This document shows positions 56,739 to 64,000 of a stretch of DNA of 64,000 bases, piece after piece (position 1 is the first letter of the stretch; each line of letters opens with the position of its first letter). Source of the DNA: an uncultured virus (IMG/VR IMGVR_UViG_3300005826_000001) (taxonomy: Duplodnaviria > Heunggongvirae > Uroviricota > Caudoviricetes). The DNA lies in the IMG/VR virus record IMGVR_UViG_3300005826_000001, positions 1-64,000 of that record; one strand, 5' to 3'. The notes under the pieces were generated by a model, which did not search any database, was not told the DNA's origin, and worked only from the letters and a program-made list of their open reading frames with translations. The translations under genes and the position numbers were made by a program.

Positions 56739-57932
56739 ATGTCTATCTCGAATGAAGAGCTGGTCCAGAAAGCGGTCATCACCGCCGACGCTCTGGCAGC
56801 TTCAGGCAAGCTGAACCCAGCCCAATCGGATCGCTTCATCGACTTTGTGATCGATGAGACGGTGCTGAAGCAGAACGCTCGCACGATCCGGTTCCGCAAT
56901 GAGACCCTGGAGATCGACAAGATCGGCATCGGGACTCGAATGGCGGTGCCAAAGGCCGAAGCGGTGGACCCCGGCGTGCGACGCGGAGTGAGCACGAGCA
57001 AGGTCACGCTCCGACCCTCCGAGATCATGGTGCCCTTTGAGATCGGGGACAACTTCCGTGAGCTCAACATCGAGGGCGACAGCGTTGAGGAGCACATCAT
57101 CCAGATGATGGCTTCGCAGACCGCCAACGATCTTGAAGAGCTGTACGTGCTGGGCGACCAGCTGGGGCCAGCGGCTCTTGAGAGCGATCTGATCGACGGT
57201 GGCTCATCGACGGGCTACGTCAAGGACACTTACCTGGCACTGCAGGACGGTTGGCAGAAGCTGTCAGAGGGCGGCAACGTTGTTGACGCCGCCGGCCAGA
57301 ACATCGGCCTGAGCATCTTCAGCCAGGCAATCCGGGCGATGCCCACGAAATTCCGGCGCAACAAGTCGATGCTCCGGTGGTTCATGTCGCCCGACCTCTG
57401 GCAGATCTACTTGGAGAAGCTGTCCACCCGCGCCACGGCACTCGGTGACCAGGCGGCAGGCGGAGCTTCCCATGGTCCATTCGGCATCCCGGCGGTGCCC
57501 GTGCCGTTGTGGCCCTTCCAGCCGTCGGTGACCGAGCACGTGGTGCTCAACGGTACCACGGCAGTGGCCTTGGCCAATGCTCCTGTGTCCAACGTAGTGG
57601 TCACGCCCAACACGTTGGGCGGGGCTCCGACAACCCCGTATGTCGTCACGACAGACTACACGTTGGATGCGGCGGCGGGGACCATCGCCCGCACGGGCGG
57701 CGGCGCCATCGGCGACGGTGACACCGTCAAGGTCACCTACCAGTCCAATCCGCAGTTGATTCTGACGCATCAGAACAACTTTGTGGTCGGCATCGGGCGG
57801 GATGTCCGGATTGAGAAGGACAGGGACATCTTCAAGGGCGTCAATCAGTACGCCATCACGGCGAAGGTCGCAGTGCAGTATGAAGAGCTGTCGGCCATCG
57901 TCAAGGTCCGGAACATCGGCACAGGTGTGTAA
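56739..57932 (+). CDS. Major capsid protein (HK97 fold, XkdG-like) with inserted beta domain
   Basis: G.LNP.Q.DRFI, NIEG, A.DLE.L...GD, MP.KF and GIP.V.VP; AAGGAG RBS; follows the scaffold gene. Confidence 0.9.
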   Translation: MSISNEELVQKAVITADALAASGKLNPAQSDRFIDFVIDETVLKQNARTIRFRNETLEIDKIGIGTRMAVPKAEAVDPGVRRGVSTSKVTLRPSEIMVPFEIGDNFRELNIEGDSVEEHIIQMMASQTANDLEELYVLGDQLGPAALESDLIDGGSSTGYVKDTYLALQDGWQKLSEGGNVVDAAGQNIGLSIFSQAIRAMPTKFRRNKSMLRWFMSPDLWQIYLEKLSTRATALGDQAAGGASHGPFGIPAVPVPLWPFQPSVTEHVVLNGTTAVALANAPVSNVVVTPNTLGGAPTTPYVVTTDYTLDAAAGTIARTGGGAIGDGDTVKVTYQSNPQLILTHQNNFVVGIGRDVRIEKDRDIFKGVNQYAITAKVAVQYEELSAIVKVRNIGTGV

Positions 57933-57951
57933 CAAAACCGTGGACGGGCTT

Positions 57952-57970
57952 GGGCGCGCGACGCGCGCCC
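57952..57970 (+). terminator. GC hairpin after the capsid gene
   Basis: GGGCGCGC-GAC-GCGCGCCC; the U-tract is weak. Confidence 0.5.
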
Positions 57971-58023
57971 TGCCTATTCCACCACTGGTTTGACGGCTAG
58001 CCATTGCTTGGAGGATTCTCAAG

Positions 58024-58578
58024 ATGGCGACAAGAGCACGGGTGGAGCTGCGCGGCAGCTTGACCCACGAGCACGAGGGGCGCAGGTTCAAGCGGGGTTC
58101 CCCGCAGATTCTCACCACTGTCTCTGAGATCATGTATTATCAGAGCCAGTCGGGCTTTGTGGTGACCATCCTCGACAACGGCAAGGACAAACGGTTCACG
58201 CCGCCCAAGCCGAAGCAGGAAAAGGCGACACCTCTGGAGCCCAAGATCAAGTCGGAGCCCGAGCCCGAGCCCGAGCCGGAGGATGATCCCGAGCCCGAGC
58301 CGGAGGATGATTCCGAGCCCGAGCCGGAGGATGATTCCGAGACGGAGCCCGAGCCGGCACCGCCTGCTCCCCAGCCAGCCAAAACCAAACCCAAGACCAA
58401 GCCGGAGCCTGTGTTGCCACCGGCATCACGAGTGACGCCGAAGTCAGCGAGCGACTACAGCGAAGCTGAATTGAAGCGCATGAAAAAGGCGGAGCTGCAG
58501 AAAGTGGCGAAGGAATTGGGGTTGGATGACACTGGCACCGTGACTGAGCTCATATTGACCATATTGACCACCAAGTGA
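58024..58578 (+). CDS. Head-associated protein with EP-rich linker and C-terminal Rho-N/HeH-like helix pair
   Basis: GGAGG RBS; EL..MKK.EL...AKELGL...G...ELI. Confidence 0.6.
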   Translation: MATRARVELRGSLTHEHEGRRFKRGSPQILTTVSEIMYYQSQSGFVVTILDNGKDKRFTPPKPKQEKATPLEPKIKSEPEPEPEPEDDPEPEPEDDSEPEPEDDSETEPEPAPPAPQPAKTKPKTKPEPVLPPASRVTPKSASDYSEAELKRMKKAELQKVAKELGLDDTGTVTELILTILTTK

Positions 58579-58612
58579 TGGCTGCGGAATGACCTGAACT
58601 GGAGGGGCCTAA

Positions 58613-58945
58613 ATGCCACTGGTGCAAGTATCTCAACACGCAAGCCCTTGCCAGGTCGATGACTTCGGCAAAGGGTGTGAGCGCTCTGTTCCAGGGGCGC
58701 TTCATTTCGTGCCTGGTTCCTTGAAGCAGTTGACCGCCGATGAGCTGGCGCACATCCAAAAGAAGCACAAGAAGTTTGCGGCCAAGCTGGTGCTCGTGCC
58801 ATTTGACGAGTCCAAAAAGCAGGTCGCCAAGGTGAAGGCGCCGGAAGCTCCCGTGCGTGCCTCGGCCAAACCAACGGCTGCGCAACGTCGCGCCGCCACG
58901 GCGCAGCCCGAAGCACCGCCCGTTGACGGCGAGAATCAGAGCTGA
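58613..58945 (+). CDS. Hypothetical protein
   Basis: GGAGG RBS. Confidence 0.55.
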   Translation: MPLVQVSQHASPCQVDDFGKGCERSVPGALHFVPGSLKQLTADELAHIQKKHKKFAAKLVLVPFDESKKQVAKVKAPEAPVRASAKPTAAQRRAATAQPEAPPVDGENQS

Positions 58946-58998
58946 TTGCTCTGCATGGCCATTATCCTTGCTTGGCTTAGGCCCAATGGGGAGGCTGT

Positions 58999-59451
58999 GT
59001 GCTCAAGGTCCACACGCGCGACGGGATCACCGCAAGGATAGACTTGACGGATGAGGCGCAGGCGAAAGAATGGCTGCAACGCCTCAAAGATCCCGATTTC
59101 CAGCAGTCCATCACCGGCGTCACCATAGCGCAGCGCCACACCAAGAAACATCGGTGTCCCAAGTGCCATAAGTCGGCACACATCGCGTGCGCAAAGTGCG
59201 GCCGGATAGACCAGAGCTCAAACTGCACCACGGGCATCCAGTATTCCCTGACCAAGCCCGAGGGGTTTGAAAGGACATTCTTTCACTTGGAGGTGGTCGG
59301 CAGCGACCCTGATGCCAAAATCCGTGGAGGTGAAAAGATTGTGTGCTTTGCCGGGGAAGTGGCCGTGACAATCATGGTCCACCAGGCGCAGCCATCGATG
59401 CGGGCGACGTTATCCAAACCCGGTAGGCAGCGCTATAATCCATATGCTTGA
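58999..59451 (+). CDS. Hypothetical protein with CxxC pairs
   Basis: GGAGG RBS; CPKC...CAKC...C. Confidence 0.55.
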   Translation: MLKVHTRDGITARIDLTDEAQAKEWLQRLKDPDFQQSITGVTIAQRHTKKHRCPKCHKSAHIACAKCGRIDQSSNCTTGIQYSLTKPEGFERTFFHLEVVGSDPDAKIRGGEKIVCFAGEVAVTIMVHQAQPSMRATLSKPGRQRYNPYA

Positions 59452-59466
59452 TGCTCGGGAGATGGC

Positions 59467-60489
59467 ATGGGCACCTCATTACAACGTCTGGACTCGCTTG
59501 CGAAGCCAGACAGCTTTGACGACCAGAAGACAGCTGCCCAGGTCGCTGCCTCGGAGGGTGCATCCGCTGATTATGCACAGTTCCAAGAAGCGTTGCTCAG
59601 CCAGCTCAAGCGAATCATCCACGGCGATCAAGCTGGCAACTGGTACGATGATCCAGCATCAATTCACGGCGCCGACGCTTCGCTGTATGGCCTGTTGGAC
59701 GGGCTCACACAAGTCGATGAGAAGCCCATCCTCAGCTGGCGTTTCATCCTGGGTGATCTCGTGGTGCCGCCGGGGCAGAACTATGTGACCATCACCGCCG
59801 CCGGAGCGCTTCCGGTCGACTCCATCGCCATCGCTGCCACGACGCTGGGCGCAGTCGCTGCACAGCTGTCCACCCCCGTCGGTGTTCATTCGCTGGATCA
59901 AATCTCGGGCGAAGTGACCATCCAACCCAAGAACCTTGTGGCTGTGTTCAACGGGGATACAGGCGAAGGGCTCTTCAGCGACGGCAAGCCGGTGTGGGGG
60001 TTGCTACAGGTCGGAGCCGCTGCGACAGACGGCAACGCCTTTGCGACGCACAGCAATGATCTTGGACAGATCAGCTTCATCCGATATGATTCAACATTCG
60101 ACAGCTTTGAAGCGGCGGCGATCGCCGACGTTCAAGGCCGCACCATCGTCTATGCTTACAGCAGGAGGACAGAGCTAGGCTCCACCCCTGAAGAGGCATT
60201 CAGGACCGATGTCGGCGGAGGCTATGCACGGCCAGATTCAGGCACATTCCGGTTCAACGTAGCTCCGGCAGGAGTCCAGAACGGAGTGAACACAGTCTAC
60301 ACTGCGCCGGAGAATTTTGACGACAACACGATACAGGTTCACGTCAATGGGATGCGAATGGCAAAGGGAGCGTCAAATGATTACACCACATCGGAGAGTG
60401 GCGGAGTGGGGACGGGATATGACACAGTGACTCTCGTGTTCGCTCCTATCGCAGAGGATCAATTATTATTTGACTACGCTGTAGCCTGA
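59467..60489 (+). CDS. Virion structural protein (paralog of the next gene)
   Basis: Shares SQL.RI...GNWYDD, PK, SDG..V.GL.Q and QISF with the ORF at 60516. Confidence 0.65.
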   Translation: MGTSLQRLDSLAKPDSFDDQKTAAQVAASEGASADYAQFQEALLSQLKRIIHGDQAGNWYDDPASIHGADASLYGLLDGLTQVDEKPILSWRFILGDLVVPPGQNYVTITAAGALPVDSIAIAATTLGAVAAQLSTPVGVHSLDQISGEVTIQPKNLVAVFNGDTGEGLFSDGKPVWGLLQVGAAATDGNAFATHSNDLGQISFIRYDSTFDSFEAAAIADVQGRTIVYAYSRRTELGSTPEEAFRTDVGGGYARPDSGTFRFNVAPAGVQNGVNTVYTAPENFDDNTIQVHVNGMRMAKGASNDYTTSESGGVGTGYDTVTLVFAPIAEDQLLFDYAVA

Positions 60490-60515
60490 TCGGCGCCAAC
60501 GGAAAGGTAGACACC

Positions 60516-62438
60516 ATGGGCCGCACATACGCTCGCCAGGATGAACAGATCCGTCGCAGCATCACCTACACCGACAATATCGCCGCCGGGGCCACGATGG
60601 AGTCGGCAGCGGTCAATCTGCAAAACGACATGAACAATATCCGGTCTCAGCTGAACCGGATCTTGAAAGCAGCAGGCGGCGGGAATTGGTATGACGATGT
60701 CGCCACGGTGAACACCAAGAAGCGTGGCCTCACGGAACTGAACACGGACCTCGATGATCTTGAAGAGCATCGGATCCTGTGTGGTGTTCAGAAGCTGGAA
60801 TCCATCACAGTCCCTGCCGCAGTCTATGCCACAGGCTCGATCACGACCATCGCAGACTCGCTCCTTGTCGACGGTGAGAGCTTCACCATCGATGACGGAG
60901 TCAATCCGGCGGTGACTTTTGAGTTTGATAACAACAGCTCTGTGGTCGAGACCAACACGCTGCGCCAGGTCGTGATCACCGGGAGCTTGACCGCCGACGA
61001 TGTGCGCGACGCCATCATCACCGCCATCGGCAACGCTCCGGCGTTGTATGTTACGGCAAGCAACGGCGGAGCGGCGACGGTCACATTGACCGCCGATCGC
61101 GCCGGGACACACGCCAACAACGCCGTCACAGAGACTGTGACCAATGTGGGGTTCAGCGTATCAGGCCTCAGCGGTGGAGCCGGGGATGTCGTGGTGCTAA
61201 GTGCCACGGCGTCTGAGACTCCGAGCGACGTTGCGGCGGTGGACGCGGGCAACGCGCTGGGTGCTATCGTGGCAGTGCTCAGCGGCGACGTTGGCGCTTG
61301 GGACTCAGCCTTGGTCGCTGGATCATCGGCTATCGCGCCGAAGTCATCGGTCATGATCCGAGACCAAAGCACACATGACGGCCTCACCAGTGACGGGCGC
61401 CAGATTGTTGGTCTGTTCCAGGCTGAAAGCGGAGTCGCCAACGGCGACACCTTCAATGACACAGACAAGCAGTGCCAGATCAGCTTCTATCGCATCACCG
61501 ACGCCGACACCATCGAGCCTTGCCCGGGGCAGGACATCGGCGGGAAGCAGATTGAATACATCTACGCCAAGCGGGTGACCCTCGACACCATCCCAGAGGA
61601 TTGTGGGTTTCCGTTTGTCGCTTTCACCGATGAGCGGGCATCGGTCACCGTCACGCTTCAGACGGCTATAGACAATCAAGGAGCCACACCTGTAGTACAG
61701 ACCACAGACATCTTTGTGGATTTGGCGGCCAATTCCGATTGGTTGTTCAGGGATGCCAACTCCGATCCGCTCCTCAGCGTCGTGGAGGGCTCCGCCGGAG
61801 GGACCTCGCAGGTCCAAATCAACACCGACGTCGACACCTTCAACGTGGACGCGGCGGAGAATGACTTTGCCCAAGGCATCAAGGCAAACACCTCGGGCCA
61901 AGAGATCGACATCGGAGTCACAGCGGGCACCATCGAGTCCACCGGGGCAAATGACCTCCGGCTGTTTGGCGCCGGGGAGATGCTGCTGGACGACAGCAAC
62001 CAGGTGGGTTCAACGTGGGCGCAGACCACAGGCATCAAGCTGTCAGAAACCCAAGCTGAGTGGGATGACTTCAAGACGGAGTTTGGCGAGGTTTCCCTGC
62101 TCAATGCCATTGCGCAAGCCAAGAATGTTGGTGGATTGACGCACACCAAGAAGGTCGCAGTGGTGACTGCCTCATCCATCTCGGCGGACACCGACGTTGG
62201 TGGGCCAGCCAGCGCAAACAACGTGGACCTCGACTTCGCCGACATGTCTGCGGTCACCTTTGTCAACGATGTCGACATCTATCTCAACGGCATCCTACTC
62301 CGCTGTGGCGCCGACGCCGCTGCCAACCATGACGTGTATCCGGGCAGCACAGGGACGCAGCTCAAGTTTGAATTCGGGTTACAGGGGAGCCCGGGCAATC
62401 CAGACGTGATCACCCAGGTGGTGTGGGCTGGCGTCTGA
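60516..62438 (+). CDS. Virion structural protein (A/T/D/G-rich, beta-rich)
   Basis: Composition and late-operon position. Confidence 0.65.
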   Translation: MGRTYARQDEQIRRSITYTDNIAAGATMESAAVNLQNDMNNIRSQLNRILKAAGGGNWYDDVATVNTKKRGLTELNTDLDDLEEHRILCGVQKLESITVPAAVYATGSITTIADSLLVDGESFTIDDGVNPAVTFEFDNNSSVVETNTLRQVVITGSLTADDVRDAIITAIGNAPALYVTASNGGAATVTLTADRAGTHANNAVTETVTNVGFSVSGLSGGAGDVVVLSATASETPSDVAAVDAGNALGAIVAVLSGDVGAWDSALVAGSSAIAPKSSVMIRDQSTHDGLTSDGRQIVGLFQAESGVANGDTFNDTDKQCQISFYRITDADTIEPCPGQDIGGKQIEYIYAKRVTLDTIPEDCGFPFVAFTDERASVTVTLQTAIDNQGATPVVQTTDIFVDLAANSDWLFRDANSDPLLSVVEGSAGGTSQVQINTDVDTFNVDAAENDFAQGIKANTSGQEIDIGVTAGTIESTGANDLRLFGAGEMLLDDSNQVGSTWAQTTGIKLSETQAEWDDFKTEFGEVSLLNAIAQAKNVGGLTHTKKVAVVTASSISADTDVGGPASANNVDLDFADMSAVTFVNDVDIYLNGILLRCGADAAANHDVYPGSTGTQLKFEFGLQGSPGNPDVITQVVWAGV

Positions 62439-62450
62439 TAGGACTGTTGG

Positions 62451-62987
62451 ATGAATTTGGACAAGGCGGAGTTGAAGATGGCGCTTGCCCAATCATGGGG
62501 CAAGCATCTTCAGGAGATGGACGCGGAGGTGCGCCGGGATGTTGCGCGGCTCGATGGCGGCGTGGAGGCATTGAAGAAGGTCGCCGATGTGATGAACAAG
62601 AGCCATCGGGAGTATTACCAGAAGCAGGTGGAGTCTGGTCAGATCTCGATGGCTGATTGCGAGCTGGCGATGAAGGTGATTGACCGGTGCATCGGCTCGC
62701 TCCAGAGCCTGATCGACACCGCGCACACCAACCACCTGATCAAGCGGGGTGAGCTGATGGCCACCCAGCGGATATCGGATCACGTCCAAAAGCAGTACCA
62801 GGCGACGCGCCAGAGCGTGGAGGCTGTAGCGGCGGCGATGGAGCAGGGGGAGATTGACGCCCGAGGGCGCCCACAAATCAGCGCCGCTGCCGATATAGCA
62901 GCGCGCCGGGAGCAGGCCAAGGGACTATCCACGCCAACGCCGAAAACACCGGAGCCGGGCACCTCGCTGGCGAGAAAGGGTGTCTGA
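62451..62987 (+). CDS. Hypothetical helical protein
   Basis: ORF coupled to both neighbours. Confidence 0.55.
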   Translation: MNLDKAELKMALAQSWGKHLQEMDAEVRRDVARLDGGVEALKKVADVMNKSHREYYQKQVESGQISMADCELAMKVIDRCIGSLQSLIDTAHTNHLIKRGELMATQRISDHVQKQYQATRQSVEAVAAAMEQGEIDARGRPQISAAADIAARREQAKGLSTPTPKTPEPGTSLARKGV

Positions 62988-63475
62988 TGCCCAGGACTCC
63001 TGACAGGTTTCCGGGGACGCGTGAAGAGACAGAGGTGTTGCTGTCTACTCAGGCGAGCGACCCTGCCGATGAAGGGGCGACGCGCTATGTCACCCCCGGC
63101 AACTTCCGGCTGAAGGATCAATTGGGCGTGTTCAACCCTCGGGAAGTCGATGAGAGCTTCCACGAGGCGCTGCGGGCATTGATCCACTTCATTGACGAGG
63201 GGCCAGCATGTAGCTTCGCGTCGGGCGCGTACAAGGAGACCTTGCCCGCCGGGGATGCCTTTCCGACCAGTATCATATGGTGGGAATCCGCTTCAAAGAC
63301 GCAGAAAATTGTGGAGAAGACCATCACACGTACAGGAACGGGGACCAACGTCAAGCCCACACCAATCGTGTGGAAGATGTATGACACCGACGGCACGACG
63401 GTTCTTTGCACCGTCACCGACGTGATCGTGTACACGGGTGTGTTCGAGACATCCCGGACAAGGACAATCGCATAA
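62987..63475 (+). CDS. Hypothetical virion protein
   Basis: TGATG and TAATG overlaps. Confidence 0.55.
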   Translation: MPRTPDRFPGTREETEVLLSTQASDPADEGATRYVTPGNFRLKDQLGVFNPREVDESFHEALRALIHFIDEGPACSFASGAYKETLPAGDAFPTSIIWWESASKTQKIVEKTITRTGTGTNVKPTPIVWKMYDTDGTTVLCTVTDVIVYTGVFETSRTRTIA

Positions 63476-64000
63476 TGGCCGGTGAATCTCCAGCAGCAGT
63501 GCTTCACGACTCCACCGGGCAAGAGCGTGGTCACGAGCCACAAAACCCGGTCTTTGTGCAAGATGCATCGGAGGCATCTGCATTCGAGTGGGAGCGACAG
63601 ACAGTCATCGAAGCGGATCAACCAGCCGTCGTGGAGTCGGGCAACTCCGAGCCGTACAACATCGGCGGGACCACACTGACCATCGCCATCAACGGGACCT
63701 CGGACCCACAGGCATTCCCCACGAGGGCGGCGACGGCGGGGATCTTTGTCTCAGGGCAGTATCCATCCCTCAACGGCGGCACAGAGAAAATCAAGATCAG
63801 CATCGATGGAGGGGTTGAAGAAGAGATCAAGATCGGCAAAAATCTGACATCATACACAGCCATAGCTTCCGCCATCCAGACGCAAATCCAAGCTATCGTT
63901 CCCAACGGGACCGGCGTGACGTGCCAATGGAACACAGCTGCGTATCCGCAACGGTTCTTGATCACGTCAGCGACTACAGGCGCCACCTCCGCTGTGACGG
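63475..64000 (+). CDS. Virion structural protein (3'-truncated by window edge)
   Basis: TAATG overlap; frame stays open to the end (MAGESPAAVL...ITSATTGATSAVT). Confidence 0.6.
   Translation, partial: MAGESPAAVLHDSTGQERGHEPQNPVFVQDASEASAFEWERQTVIEADQPAVVESGNSEPYNIGGTTLTIAINGTSDPQAFPTRAATAGIFVSGQYPSLNGGTEKIKISIDGGVEEEIKIGKNLTSYTAIASAIQTQIQAIVPNGTGVTCQWNTAAYPQRFLITSATTGATSAVT

Noticed and set aside
58254..58356. GAGCCCGAGCCGGAGGATGA repeats as a DNA element
   Set aside because: They simply encode an EPEPEDD linker within a CDS; similar sequence at 55243-55292.
40136..58968. TATCCT(T)G at 40136, 47108 and 58963 as a late promoter for the phage sigma
   Set aside because: No consistent upstream box or spacing was found, and the motif is too short to support.
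1..64000. Genome-wide TAG recoding suggested by the in-frame amber at 55715
   Set aside because: TerL, portal, capsid, DnaE and other long genes are intact in the standard code, and other TAG codons sit at natural gene ends.
1..64000. tRNA, rRNA, integrase, reverse transcriptase/retron or DGR
   Set aside because: No cloverleaf, recombinase or RT motifs were recognised by eye, so the 40150 structure is not called a retron ncRNA.

Overview
This window is a 64-kb piece of a large, GC-rich tailed dsDNA phage genome, and nearly all genes are on the + strand. No host genes, rRNA, tRNA or CRISPR array were recognised. From left to right: (1) a CobT-like vWA gene (partial) and a phage sigma factor; (2) a six-gene overlapping nucleotide-metabolism cluster (FAD oxidoreductase, MazG-like/HAD fusion, SAM-fold enzyme, divergent ThyX, class-III aminotransferase, dNMP kinase) directly before a DnaE-type polymerase; (3) an intein in that DnaE with a double-HNH endonuclease gene overprinted in the +1 frame; (4) recombination and repair genes (HU, SSB, RecA, SbcD/SbcC, RuvC-like, MazG, 5'-3' exonuclease, UDG, ligase); (5) small early/accessory genes driven by a repeated sigma70-like promoter, including Tad2-like and Tad1/Acb2-like anti-defence candidates, lipoproteins and a papain-like protease; (6) a ~2-kb strand-skewed non-coding region and a phased 32-bp repeat; (7) the head module (TerL, portal, MuF-kinase-ADP-ribosyltransferase fusion, split protease/scaffold, major capsid protein) and further virion genes. 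The best candidates for undescribed biology are the putative modified-nucleotide pathway, the intein with an out-of-frame nested HNH gene, a ~225-nt multi-stem RNA-like element, and short peptide motifs shared by unrelated proteins. All function calls come from motif recognition by eye; no database search or folding program was run.
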